Below are positions 1 through 12,647 of a DNA stretch of 64,000 nucleotides, piece by piece; position 1 is the stretch's first letter; each line of letters opens with the position of its first letter. Both the position numbers and the translations under genes were made by a program. Under the pieces are notes generated by a model that was given only the letters and a program-made list of their open reading frames with translations, had not been told where the DNA came from and ran no database searches. The DNA comes from Rhina ancylostomus (lineage: Eukaryota), in contig JARFYF010000058.1 of the NCBI GenBank assembly GCA_030265395.1, positions 19,531,556 to 19,595,555 on the forward strand, read 5' to 3'.

Positions 1-184
1 AACTGGATATCCTAAGAGGAACAGTGAAACCAGGACTCCTCTAGACTTGGCAACTCTAAGCAACCAGGAGACAAAGTAAACCCAAAGGTTGACCAATACT
101 CTGGCAACTAGTGCTAGAGAAACCAGGGTTCTTATGCTAGACCCCTGCTGGGGCTCAGATGTGTGTCGTTATGCAATTAGATGT

Positions 185-260
185 GCATGGAATCCATGTG
201 CTGTTCAACAAGGCACCATCAATGGAGCCGAATCGAGGGTCAGTACTCGGAACCATGACA
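185..260 (+). repeat. Dispersed repeat end (LTR-like terminus ...CCATGACA); element probably extends to the window start
   Basis: Aligns by eye to the reverse complement of 18997-19068; similarity stops at the TGACA terminus. Confidence 0.6.
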
Positions 261-3200
261 GCTCCAGTGGAACCCAAACCCTAAAGCCCCACTTCTCATA
301 TCCTAATCATATCACATCTTACCCTAAACCCCAACCCCCACACCCCACCACCACAGGAATACTTATCTGTCTCTCTTTTTTCATTCAACATTAGCAACTC
401 AGCAACATTAATGTAATTAAACCCAATTAACTCTCCATCCCTCCCACCCAAATTTAGGCAATACTTATAAATTACCCTTCCAGAAATGTTACCATTTTGA
501 TCAGGTAGGAATTGACAGTAACATGTGATCAAAGTAGTCTAAAACAAGTCCTTTCACACCTTGCCCATTGAATTTTCAACATAAGTCCTCTCCTTTGAAG
601 TCAAGGCCTAAAGGTTTGTATTGAACAGATGGCTTTGATATTTTCGATAGTTGTAAGATCAAGGATCAAAAGTTACTCTGCATCTGCCCAAAATATGTGC
701 TACCAAGAGCTCAGTGTTCCTGAGAAAGAAGGGGTTGTATTTTCTTTGTAATTGGTTGACCATATTTAATAAGAGTAGAGAATTGTTCACCTCAAAACAT
801 ATTTTCAGCTTTCAAACTTTATTTGGGCCGTCACAATATCCAAGCCGTGCTTTTGAAGTAACTTGAAAACATTTCCCTTGTTTTCTAGAGTAAGCATTTA
901 CTTCTTCTGGAGTTGGTTATTATTCAAAGCGTTAATCCCCAGTGCATCCTGAAGATATCCCAGAATTCATNNNNNNNNNNNNNNNNNNNNNNNNNNNNNN
1001 NNNNNNNNNNNNNNNNNNNNNNNNNNNNNNNNNNNNNNNNNNNNNNNNNNNNNNNNNNNNNNNNNNNNNNGTTAATCCACAGTGCATCCTGAAGATATCA
1101 CAGAATTCATCAGACAAGTGTTATCTTGAATTTTAAAATAACTCAGTTTTAATTTGGCACTGTGTAGTACTCTGATGCATAACGATAATAATGTTTCACC
1201 ATTGTTGTTGATCTTTTTATATAGCAATGCCTAAAAATCCATGGTTCAAGCGTGTTCTGGCTTCATTAGAACTAGCATCATTGTCTGAGGGAATTTCATC
1301 CACTTAGACAGACATATGAAAATATCATTTTGGATACATCTGCTCCTAAAACAATGGAAGCCTTGGTCCCCACTCTTAGAATGGAAGTGGGTGTTGATGG
1401 CCACAACCCAGGCCTTATTTTCTTTGACTTTACTTGGCTCTTTACTGCAATCTTCTCTTTTTTCAAGAAAATTGTCAGACTCTCTGAAGGTCTGGACGAC
1501 TTTATAGATCCTTCATTCATCAACTCTGACAGTCATACTGGCTCATCTGATTGAGTGCATCATCTCCCACTGATGCATTAATCCCAATCAGGGATGCAGG
1601 GTCCCCATTCCTGACTCTGCCCCCTAGTTCATTGTCACTTGCTCTGCAAGTACTGGATGGAGATTCATCCCTTCAGAAGGTGGGGTGGTAATTTCTTGGA
1701 AATGTGCATATTATGGATGTATATCAAGACAAGGGTGGGATGGGCAGCCCCACTCCCTGCCACATCATCAACAATTATTAAACATAATAAGGATGCAGAT
1801 AATCTTGTGGATAACATGGATGTGTTCAACAAATTACTCCAGAAGCAGTCAAATTTGAATTCCTGTGTGTGGCCCTAGAATAAAACCCACCAAACTTGGG
1901 CTGCTGCCATTTTCCAGAAGATGGTTCTGCTCTATTGCCAGAGTTACAGTGGAACACTGGAAGAAGCCCCAAGGAACTTGGCTGCAGTGATAACACCTTG
2001 CATTGAATTTCTCCAGTAACGTAATCATTATGCTGACATCTCATTTTTTTCCTGCATATCGTTACAAGTTTATAACTACACATAAGCTTATTCTTTTGTC
2101 TTCAATCGTGGTATTTCACTATCTGCAATACTTCCCTTATTTTCCAGAGGTCATTTCTTGGCTCCCTCTCTGGCAGTCTTTCAATCTCATTTTAGATGCA
2201 AACGGAAATCCTCCAGTTCCTGGCCCCATTTGCAATGCTTTTTGGAATGTTCAGACATGGTATAGTTTAGTCCTATTTGTTCAAAGGGAGTTTTTGCATG
2301 AAAAATCTATTATCTGGAAGTCACAACATGGAAGGTTTCCTTGGCACAAAAAGAAATGAACACTTGGATAATTTTGTCTAAGTGATTTTGAATTAACACT
2401 AGTCTATGGGAGCTGTTAATATACTGATATTGAGAATAGTTTTTGCTGCAATCTGATATGAGCCAAGGCTAACATGTGTGCTGAAAAAGCACTAATAAAA
2501 TAGTATTTGAACTTGCAAATGTGATTTGATGCCCACATTTGATATGTTAGCATTAAAATTATCACAGCATGGAATCATATTCAGTGGTCATTACATCTGA
2601 GAAATAATGGGTTGTAAAAACAAATAATTTTGAATATAGCAAAGCAATAATTCCCACTGTGTAGTGCTGCTACTTGGCTGACCGGATAATGTGTGTGGTT
2701 GCGTTTGCATTGTTCCAGATATTGATATCGATACTGGATGCCAGATTCAGCACTAGCCAGACAAAGTCCATTCACAATTAAAGAACATCAAACACTCCCC
2801 AGTTCGTGAATGAGAGTAAAACTGTTCGGACTCTGGAGCTAAAAGCTTGATTCAAACTATGGCATTTATAGCCCCTTCTTTTTGATTCCTGATGCATTAA
2901 TAATGCAGGCGCACAGATCTGCACAACACACTCTGAGTTCCCACACCTCCTTTGTGAGCTAAATTTGAGAGGCTCTAGCGAGACCTGCTAGTGACAGGTG
3001 CTGAATAAGTGTTAATTAATAGCTGCCACTCAGTACATGTAGCCAAGACGAGTCGCAGCGCTGCCTCATCTACTGTGCCTCTCCTCTGATCTGCCAGCCT
3101 AATCAAAAGCAGGTGGCTAGTCTGAGGGAGAAGGTTTCTGAATAAATGGTATTATTTCTAAGTCTTTAATCCTGAAAAGTCTGAATAACATTTGTTTCCT

Positions 3201-6200
3201 CTGCCAGTGCTGATAGGACAAGTTTTCAATTCTCAGACAAAAGTAGCCAGTTTCAAGTAACTTAAAATTCTATGCTTATTGGAGATATTGACATGAATAG
3301 TGTGGAGAAATACTGTACAAAAATTACCATGGATAGTAATTTTGCTTTGCGTACAATTTGTAGTATAAGTGCTGTAATAATGGCAAACATTTGTCGCTGC
3401 ATTGTCAGTTGTCCGATACCATTGGCAATATATTTACCTCGGCAGGAAGCAGTGCTGATAATGCCAGGTTTTTCCTTTTGTTTCTAATGTAAGAGTTTTT
3501 CAAGAATGCCCGGGTGGCGCACTGGAGAATTATATATGCAAAAGGAACATTGTAGCTTTAATTAGGCCGCACGTGCAGTCTGCCCCCTCCACTAAAAGTG
3601 CCAATGCGTGGCATAATTAAGACATGCCTGCTGCTGGCACTAAATAATGTGGGACAAGTGATGGCGGCACGTTCAGTCACCCAATGGCACTGATGATGGC
3701 AGAAGCAGCTTCATGGTTGCCAAGAGAGATGGAATTGAGAGAAAGGGGAAGCGGCTGTATCTTCAGAATAGACTGGCAGGTTCTTGGTAACCCTCTCTCT
3801 CGGAGAAAGAGACTGCCACCAGTTCAGACTCAGCCATTCAGACCATTTGATTCTGAGGATTGTCAGATTCCTTAAGTTACCTTGGCCTTACCTGCAGCTG
3901 TGAAAATGATAGCACATAAATTCTCAACTGTGAACACCTTCAAGGCTCAGTTAGCATCTCAGAAATGTGCAAATGTATCACGTTCCTGGTGCACATGTGG
4001 AAATAAAAGCAGAGATTTGCATTTCCTTGGTTTAAATCCAGCAGTTGCAAGAACAAGCACAATAGTTGTTCTCAGTGTCATCTCTCCCCAGGCCCTGGGA
4101 GGGAGGTCAGTCCAACAGCTGGAATCTTCTCTGAACAGAGATGACTTGTCATTAGCAGAACAATAATTTAGATAGAGTGAAACCCCAACAGTCGCCAATT
4201 TACATGTTGGTTAAATAGACCAGATCCATTTCTCCAATGCAGATCTCTTCTGACCACCCTCAATAGGAGACATAACCTAAGCAGGGAAGTAACTTCAGCA
4301 ATGACAGGGGCAGTCAGTTAAAAAACATGACTGAAGATTCTCAATATGAAGACAAAGTCATTAGCAGAGGAATACAAAATTCAGGTCCAAATTATTTTTG
4401 AGGAAAAAAACATGGGGAGAACTTTGTTTGGATGGTGTCTTATCATGCTTTCTAAATGTCTCAAAATGCAGTGTAGCCACTGAGATATTGTTAAACTGGT
4501 GTCAAGCAAAANNNNNNNNNNNNNNNNNNNNNNNNNNNNNNNNNNNNNNNNNNNNNNNNNNNNNNNNNNNNNNNNNNNNNNNNNNNNNNNNNNNNNNNNN
4601 NNNNNNNNNNNGGGTTCCCATCCAAACAATGACACAGCCAATGAGATATTGTTAAACTGTTGTCAAGCAAAAATGTGGTAGTGTGGAGAAAAATTTGACA
4701 ACTGAGATGAATGCACAGTTAAGCTGTTACAAGATGTGAAGATGAAGGAAGAATTTATTATGCTTTTTCTTCAAATAACACACCAATCATTTAGAGGGAA
4801 CTGAACAGGCAGAGAGAGCTTGGTCTCATCTGAAAGGTTAGCACTCCTGAGAATGCAGGATGAATTACATTTGGAATGTTCACCAAGTGTTTCAGATACA
4901 CAGACAATTTGATGATGGCATTATAGGATAATCTTACATGTGTTATGTGCTGTGCTGTTGTAAATTGTGGCATTCTTTAGATTAGCTTGAAAACAGGCAA
5001 TGCTCTATTACAAAGGAGCTACTTCATAATGAATGCTGTCATTTCCAGGAGTCAGTGCATTCAAATCATTCACAAACATTTTTTTCATGACTGCTCTCCC
5101 TTAGACAATAAAAATTCAGTGCCAGACTGCATGATTAACTATTGTTATTTACTCGATTCTATAGAATTTTGAATATTGAGCTGATTCTGACTAAGTTTCC
5201 CAATGAAAACAGATCAACATCACTGGCATATAGAAATATTAAAGCTGTTACCTCCTTTAAACCAACCCTGTGATCCTTTATCCAAACCATCATTTCCCTG
5301 ACCCCCTCCTGCGATAATCTATCCAAATGCTCACAATCTTCTCTCAGACACACCACACCCTGCAATCCACTTTCCTGCTCCTCATCGATCCTGTCTCTGC
5401 TCCCCCAACCCCCACTGCCACGATCATCTCTTCTGCACCATCCTCCCCCAGCACTCTGTCCAACGTGCTTCCTCTTTGATCTTCGCATTCCATAATGATG
5501 GGACATTGTGCAAGTTTCCTGCAAGGCCTATACTAGTTTGGTGGCCCTGTTCTAGGCCTTTAGGTTGACACAGGGACACTGGTCCAGGTGCAGGCTATCT
5601 ACTCACTCAGGTCTGTGCTGTTATTCAATGAGATTACAAGTGATCTGTAACCTTACCCATGTAACAGCTTTTGCTCCACTCACTTAATTGTCAATGAGGA
5701 ATATTGATGCTCAGTGAATAATTTCCTCTTTATCAAACAGGTTCAGGAATAAACTGACATTGTCACTACAACTGGGCCAGTTTTTATTTTTTCTCTCTCC
5801 CGTAGCCTAGCATCCAACTCAATATGTTTTAATTCTGTGTTAAAGCGTTTTTAGGAAGCCAATTGAGGAAACAAGATCAGTGCCCAAGTGACAGGTGGCC
5901 AGTGATTGCGTTATGCTCCATAATGGCCTGATTATCCAATGTCCTTCCCTATGAATGAATGAATACCTAACACTGTGCAAGTATATATTGTGGATTACTT
6001 CTGAATATTTTTACCCTCACCCATAGCAAAATCTAATATTTTAGATTTTAAATCTAAGTCTCACATCTCAGGACAATAATAAATAAATTTTCTACACTAG
6101 TAAACGTTGTACAACCTCTGCTTGCACTTCTCTGTTTTCATTATTATTTAATTAAATTCTACGTAAAACACATGAACAGGCGAAGCTAATAAGGGAGAAA

Positions 6201-6239
6201 AGAGATGGGTATCATCCATTCATCTGGAAATGTTCTTCA

Positions 6240-6378
6240 CCCCCACCTTCTCTCTTATTGAAAATCAACTTCTTTCCTAGTTCTGACGGAAGGTTGCAGT
6301 CTCAAAATGTTGACTGTTTCTCTTTTCACAAATGCTGCCTGATCTGCTGAGTTTTTCCAGCATTTACTGTTTCTATAA
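6240..6378 (+). mobile_element. Penelope-like terminal repeat fragment (degenerate hammerhead-like core)
   Basis: AGTTCTGACGGAAGG...AAAATGTTGACTGTTTCTCT...ATGCTGCCTGATCTGCTGAGTTTTTCCAGCATT; same family as the copies at 30440, 31090 and 39523. Confidence 0.7.
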
Positions 6379-6844
6379 ACCTTTCTTCTGGGCTCTACAA
6401 GTCTTTAGATTTCCAAAATTATTCCCTCATATTCACGGGCCTAATCATGTTGGACTAGATAGTCTTGAAGTCATAAGCCTCTGCATTGTGACAGTCTCCC
6501 AGGAGTATTCAGAGCAGGCAGGCCGTGATGTCCATCTGTGTGCAACTAAGACTTGAGACCAGTGCTCCCATTCTGGAGCATGATATTCTAGGTGGCAGCC
6601 TTTCTAAGCCCTGCACACCTGAACAAGGTAGGACCCCTGACCAATACCATTCAGAGGGATCATCTGCCACCTACATTTTAGTTACTCCTTGGTTTCTTTT
6701 TCTGTTGTTTTGGTTATTCAAGTCTTCAAGGAGCAGCATGGCAGGTGCTGAAGGACATTTTGCTGACCACACTTCTGTACAAATTGGTTGTTCCCGGACA
6801 AGAGGGAATGTATTAGATGGTCTTCCGCTTAAGTACAGTATGAC

Positions 6845-7770
6845 ATGGGGAATGGTGCAAAACAGGAGAAACAAGCAACTTGCAGTGTGGTACAGAGGTT
6901 GGAAATGGTTGGTGGGAGAACTCCAAGGAGCGTCTCGTATTTGCCCAGACTGTTCGTGGACTGTGTCTCCCACTTGAACCTCAGTGATGAGCTATGTGGG
7001 AGTTTGTGCTTTAATATGGCAATCCTCAAAGAAATCTGCCATCTGCTGCAGCCATAGATGCAACCTCAGGACTGGGCAAAGTCTGGGCAAGGACAGCATT
7101 ACCATGGTGAAAGGAGAGCGTTACCTGTGCCTGTCAAGGTGACTGTGGCAATGAGCTTTATCTAACTGGTGATCTTTACTACATTTCATTGTTTGTTCAT
7201 CACCCAACTGTTAAATATAGGAGATCACTTGTATTCACTCTTCTGAATGAGCTGATTGCATGTTCATTCTCTCTTGCCACATATCAGTGGATGGAGAGAG
7301 CATAAAACTCTGCTACGACTGCAGGCTTTCCCATAGAGCAGGGGGCATTCACTGCAGGCATATTACCCCACAGAAGCTATGTCAATTCTGCCCTACACTG
7401 GAACAGGAAAATATTCCTCTCCCTTAGAGTACAGTTGATACTTAACAGTAGGCAATCGATAATATGGATCAAAGCACTGCATCCTGCCAATGGTCTTGAT
7501 GCATCATTCTGCAGCAGTTCAACAGGTTGACAACATTTGAACCATCATGGTAAGCCAAAAGTTGATTTGCTGGGTGACAAGGGCTATCAGTTGACAACTT
7601 GTCCTATGACACCATTCCACAGTGTGTGCACACACACGCACATATATACAATGAAAGACATGCTGTTTCAATATATTTATTAGAACAAAATGCTGCAGCA
7701 TTTCCACTGCCTGGATTGCTCTGGAGGAGCCCTGCCAATTGCTGGAGACTGCATGTCAAGAACCCAGGTG
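6845..7770 (+). mobile_element. Fossil PIF/Harbinger (HARBI1-like) DDE transposase with frameshifts and stops
   Basis: Collinear motifs across frames: HLNLSDELC...EICHLLQP; RALPVPVKVTVAMSF; AGFPIEQGA; NRKIFLSLRVQL...HPANGLDA; LLGDKGYQL...MTPF; YNERHA...LLEQ; HFHCLDCSGGAL. These follow the HARBI1-like order FP..QGAIDCTH / NRKGFHSLNVQ / PGS.HD / GDKGY / YN..H...IEQ / RFRCLDRSGGAL. Confidence 0.85.
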
Positions 7771-8607
7771 NNNNNNNNNNNNNNNNNNNNNNNNNNNNNN
7801 NNNNNNNNNNNNNNNNNNNNNNNNNNNNNNNNNNNNNNNNNNNTGTTTGTCCTGAGGAAGTATCCTGACTCCAGTCTTGTATCAGTGTGCTGCATTTGGG
7901 TTCTCTGTGAGCTTGCTCTTGATCAACATTGTGACATTGCAATGCTGCAATGTTATTCACCATCCTTACCTGCTGTGTCTCATTGATCAGCAAAATGTCT
8001 ACCAGGCCACACTCTGAAACTAAAAATTGACACAAAATAAATATTAGATGCTAACTTCATAAACCATGTAATCTCACTTGAAATGTCTCTTCCCACCTTT
8101 CTGCATTCTGAAGGGAGTCTTCCAAGTACTAATGTTCTTATGTTCCAAGCTGCTGCTGTATGGCAGTTAGAATGATTTAATAAACTTTACAACACTCTAA
8201 AACCTCATTTGGACACTGTGCCCCACACCCTTGCTGACATTGCACAACTGTGAACTGAGCTTCCACTTCAGCACACGGTGGTTGCATCTTGTGCTGAAAT
8301 GGAGACTGCAAAATTGACCCTCAGACATTCCATCAAGGTTGGGTCCATCAGTGTGTGAATGAATATATGAATTAGCTATAGCAGTGAGTACAATGCAGTG
8401 TGATGTGACTGCCATGATCGAATAACCAGCTGTACATATGAAATGGAAGATGTGGGTGGGGGGAAGGGGGAGGCCAACTGTTTAATCATGAGATAGAGTC
8501 ATATTGATAAGAATGCTGGTAGGTAATTCTTGAGGTTACATTGAATTGAACAGTGATTGTGGCTAGTACTGAAATTGCTATGCTATAATATTTGAAGATG
8601 CATTCAC

Positions 8608-8836
8608 TAACCTTGACTATTGATGTGAAGTCATTGAACTGACGGTATTGGGTTCTATGGCCATCTGTTCCCATGGTATACTGTTCTTGTGTAGAGAAGG
8701 TCACCTGTGATACAGAACATCCCTCCAGTTTTGAAACAAGGCCTAAAATGAGGCGTACTCCCTCCCATGTAGTTCCATTCTTCAATGCTTTCCAGATTAG
8801 GTTCATTTCCAGGATGACAGCCAGCACTTTCTCCAC
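8608..8836 (-). mobile_element. Fossil Myb/SANT-like ORF of the same Harbinger element
   Basis: Minus-strand ORF contains HRTQYRQFNDFTSIVK followed by AAG|GTTAGT, resembling the RT..QCRKKFNDLT..K motif of Harbinger Myb/SANT proteins. Convergent with the transposase. Confidence 0.55.
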
Positions 8837-10204
8837 TCACAATGTGCCCTAATTTAAGTGGTGCAGCCCATCTTTAACTGGAGCTAACCATTCACTACAC
8901 CTATCTCCTGCTGATACATGCAGCCAATCAACAGTGTGGCTGGTACTGGCTGAGTGCTGGTCAATTAAAAGAACAAGCAGCACCAAATTGCACGACACTA
9001 AATGGGTGTGAGTTATTTCCACAGCACCAGCCCTGAGCCCATTTCCTGAGGCTATTGTATTTTTGTAACATGAAGATGATATTCAGCAAAACAGAACTAA
9101 TGGGTGTTTGTTGCAGTTTAAGACGCAGACCAGACTCAGCTGCATTACTTTAGGTTTTCAGATAAGAAAAGTTGTGCTGATTTCTGGCAAAGATTAGATG
9201 TTGGAGGGGAAGACCATCCTTGGGTGGCCCTGCTGATAACACGCAATTTCACTTCTGCTCACATTTTCACAATATTTTCTTTCTAATCTTTTAATTGGAT
9301 TTGCATGTTCATTCTATCGACATCTGCCAACACACTCCTTCAGTTTGTTTTGCTGAGCTGTGTGGCTTTGCTGCAGGTATGGCATCCTACTATTTTTGCA
9401 TTCTTCATATCAATAGCTCTGTTCAACTGTCATTATTACTCCAAGACCTGTAGCAGCGTTAAAACCAGTTGGCATTTACACCCAAATGGCACATTTGCAT
9501 TCAAAAATGCAGAAAAGATATTTATTTTCCGAAGTACTTCCTTAAATGGCTATAATGACCATGGGCTGAAAATACAAAGCTGGAGTGAGAATCTCACTCT
9601 ACTGGTCTTACAATTTGCTCAAGAGCCAACATAGCTGGATAGTTTGGAAAAGGTCGCCTGCCATACTTTTTATGGTTAGTGGGTTATGCCTCATATAGCC
9701 AGATTAATGATAAACAGAAAATAATTTTAGACAATAAGGACATATGGACTGTTATCAGAAAATCTGGTAATGATATTTCTCTATTTTTAAGGCTACTCAC
9801 TTCCAGTTTCGAAAAGGTAGAGAGACAAACTTTGGGATCCTGAATTTATACACAGTTGCCAGCATTGCATGACCGGCCTCTTGCAAAATCATAGAGTGTT
9901 GCTCAGAAATAGACCATTTGGCCCCTCATCTGTTTTTCTGCACGTCATCCTACCTAGTGCTTGCTTCCCATATGTCATTTTTAAGCAACTATTGTGAAAG
10001 ACTCTGAAATCTGCTTCAAAAGGGTGACTGAGAGTTACTCATTGAGGGCTGAAAGACTGCACTCAGCTGGAAATGTAATTTCTCTTGTAATTTTATGCTG
10101 AATGGTATAATAAAATATCCTTTCTGGTAGCAACCCGAAAACATATATTCAGGACTCCTTTCTGGCAGAAAATGGGGTGTAGTGCCTTGAAATTGGTGAA
10201 CAAC

Positions 10205-10450
10205 GAGCTACAAATGCAGTGCTGTCACCACTATGACTTAACATTGCTCCGTCCTGGCTTATCACTGGGTGGTTGAAACTTGCCCCTAAATCAGACAGTA
10301 GATCCTTTTACAGTGAAAGCTAGGGTCCCATTAAGTGCTTAGTGTGATGAGACGTGTTGATGTAGTTTTAATTATTAATGCTGAATTTCACTTTTATACG
10401 TTACGTGGTAATATCTGTTTTTTGTCAAATACGTTTACTGAGTTGGAGTT
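10205..10450 (+). repeat. Ancient direct repeat, copy 1
   Basis: GGGTGGTTGAAACTTGCCCCTAAATCAGACAGTAGATCCTTTTACAGTGAAAG...GTAGTTTTAATTA...GTGGTAATATCTGTTT aligns to 11255-11478. Confidence 0.75.
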
Positions 10451-11254
10451 AAGTTTACTGGGAAATGTCTTTCTAATCGGAGTTTCCAAAATGCAGCTGC
10501 AATTATTGTTTCATCACAATTACTCATCTCACTAATTCTGTTTAACCCTTGCCAGTTAAACTGAATATGGTCAATTGTTCGGTTCTACTCTTTCAATTAG
10601 GTGGTTGATCATCAGCGAAGAACAATAAGACTATTTAAAGCATCTCATCAATTACTATAGTTTTGGAATCAGTTAGCCTAAAACATTACATGCATGATAG
10701 CAAAGTACAGCAGCCTTACTGTACAAAGCTGTCTCTGGAAGTTATGCAAACTGACAATGTTGCAGGGATTCTGTCATAGGCACTGTTTTGGATCCCAATA
10801 GCACGGTTGTGGTAAACAATGAGTGCTACATTAGGCCTTTTGATTTGCAAGTTTTACCATGGGTTTAAAAAAAGAAGTGTTTCAAGTTAAATAGCTGAGA
10901 AGGGTGGGAAGTTTGTAAACCTTGGTCACTGGGTCTTGCTCAGTTCCAGTCAAAAATTGAATTATAGGAGGACAGCAATAAAGAAAATCTAAATTTATGG
11001 GAGAAAAGATGCCCAGATGTTATGCTCTGTTTTGTTATTTCTATCATTGTGGCTCAAACCAACTGTTCTCTCATAACAAATTATTAAGTGTGTTCATCTT
11101 TGAAAGAAAAAGCTAGCCTTTGATGATTGCTCTTGTCTTGTTACCTTGTCTGCATTAAAAGGAGGAAAGCCACAATGTAAATCATTTAATCAGAGACAAG
11201 ATGATGCAGTGCTTCCATTGTTTGCAGGGAACGGAAGCATGAGGAATTCAAGAT

Positions 11255-11478
11255 GTGGCTACAAAATCCAGTCATACCAGCTTCTATTACAGGGTGGTTG
11301 GAACTTGGCCCCAAATGAGACAGTAGACACTTTTCAGTGAAAGTTTTAGTCCAACGAAGTACGTAGTCTGATGGAAAGTGTTTGATGCAGTTTTAATTAA
11401 TATTGTAGAACTTCTTCTTGAACCCTTATGTGGTAACATATGTTTCTATTGACAAATATATTTGCTAAGCCAGAGTCA
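11255..11478 (+). repeat. Ancient direct repeat, copy 2
   Basis: GGGTGGTTGGAACTTGGCCCCAAATGAGACAGTAGACACTTTTCAGTGAAAG...GCAGTTTTAATTA...GTGGTAACATATGTTT aligns to 10205-10450. Confidence 0.75.
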
Positions 11479-11939
11479 TTCACCATCAGCCATTACATTC
11501 ACCCCAATTGACAAAGCTTTTGGAGCAATAAATTTCCATTTTGGGCGAGACTTTTAACCAATCTGAATTGCCATCATGGGTGTGCCAGTCTAAGACTAAA
11601 TACTTTCTCAAAGCTAATTTCATTGTGCAAAGTTGGCAGGTATTTTTCTACTTTCTCAGTAAAGAATTGCTTTATGAGTCTTCCATTCAAGTAATACTTT
11701 CTTGCAGTTTTCTTGGTAAGATTCATGATTCTGATGCACAAAATCCATTGCACATTGTGTGTATTAGAACATTGCTCCCCTGTGGGCTCACACAACAGTG
11801 GCTGTCTCCCATGCAGTGCCATTTTAACACATGATTGTACAGCAACAAGAATTTCTACCGCACAGAACTAGTTCTGGAGATCGACAGGAAGATGTCACAC
11901 AAGTGGTATGGAGATCTAGGCTGATCAGGACTAGAAGGC

Positions 11940-12359
11940 TTGATAGAGATTGGATAGGCTGGGATTCTTTTCCCTGGAGTGAAGGAAGCTGAGGTGTGAC
12001 CTTACAGAGGTTTATCAAATCATGAGGGGCATAGATAAGGTAGATAGTCATAGGCTTTTTCCCAGTGTATGGGAGTCTAAAATTTAAATGAGCGTTGTAA
12101 GATTTAAAGTTGATCTGAGAGGCAAGTTTTTCACAGAGAGGTTGGTAGGTATGTGGAATGAGCTGCCAGAGGATGTTATGGAAGCAGGGACAATTACAAT
12201 GTTTAAAAAGCATTGGACTGGTACATGGATAGGACGGGTTTAGAGGAATATAGGCCACATGCAGGCAAATGGGATTAGCTTAGATAGACATCTTGGTTGG
12301 CATGGACAACTTGGGCTGTTGGACCTGTTTCCATGCTGTATAACTGTATGACTCTATGA
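11940..12359 (+). mobile_element. CR1/HER1-type LINE 3' fragment
   Basis: ORF2 C-terminal remnants (RLDRLGFFSLE..KLRCDL.EVY; FFTERLVGMWNELP) and tail CCTGTTTCCATGCTGTATAACTGTATGACTCTATGA shared with HE1-type SINEs. Confidence 0.85.
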
Positions 12360-12647
12360 ATTAGTATGGCTTGGTTCTATCAAAGATTCTCGTTAAAAAT
12401 AGCAACAACAAGAATATTGTATATTCAGGTTCTACACCATCCTTGCAAACTAACAATAAATCAAAGTGCCTAAAAGGATCTTATTACTTCTGTAATGGGC
12501 CTGGCTACCTGAAGGTAAAAAATAAAAGACAAACAGAAGCTATTGCAAGAAACTGAATACAAGTTATTCCCAAAGAAATCTGGAGAGAAAATAAAACAGT
12601 GTTCAAGAGGACAGGATGATAATAGTTTGATTGGGTGCAACAGTTCA

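Noticed and set aside
931-1110. 40-bp direct repeat GTTAATCC-CAGTGCATCCTGAAGATATC-CAGAATTCAT on both sides of a 100-N run
   Set aside because: Overlapping contig ends with two differences; typical heterozygous assembly artefact, not a CRISPR array or TSD.
4472-4672. Repeat AGCCA-TGAGATATTGTTAAACTG-TGTCAAGCAAAA flanking a gap
   Set aside because: Adjacent to a 100-N placeholder; cannot be distinguished from an assembly artefact or a small collapsed tandem repeat.
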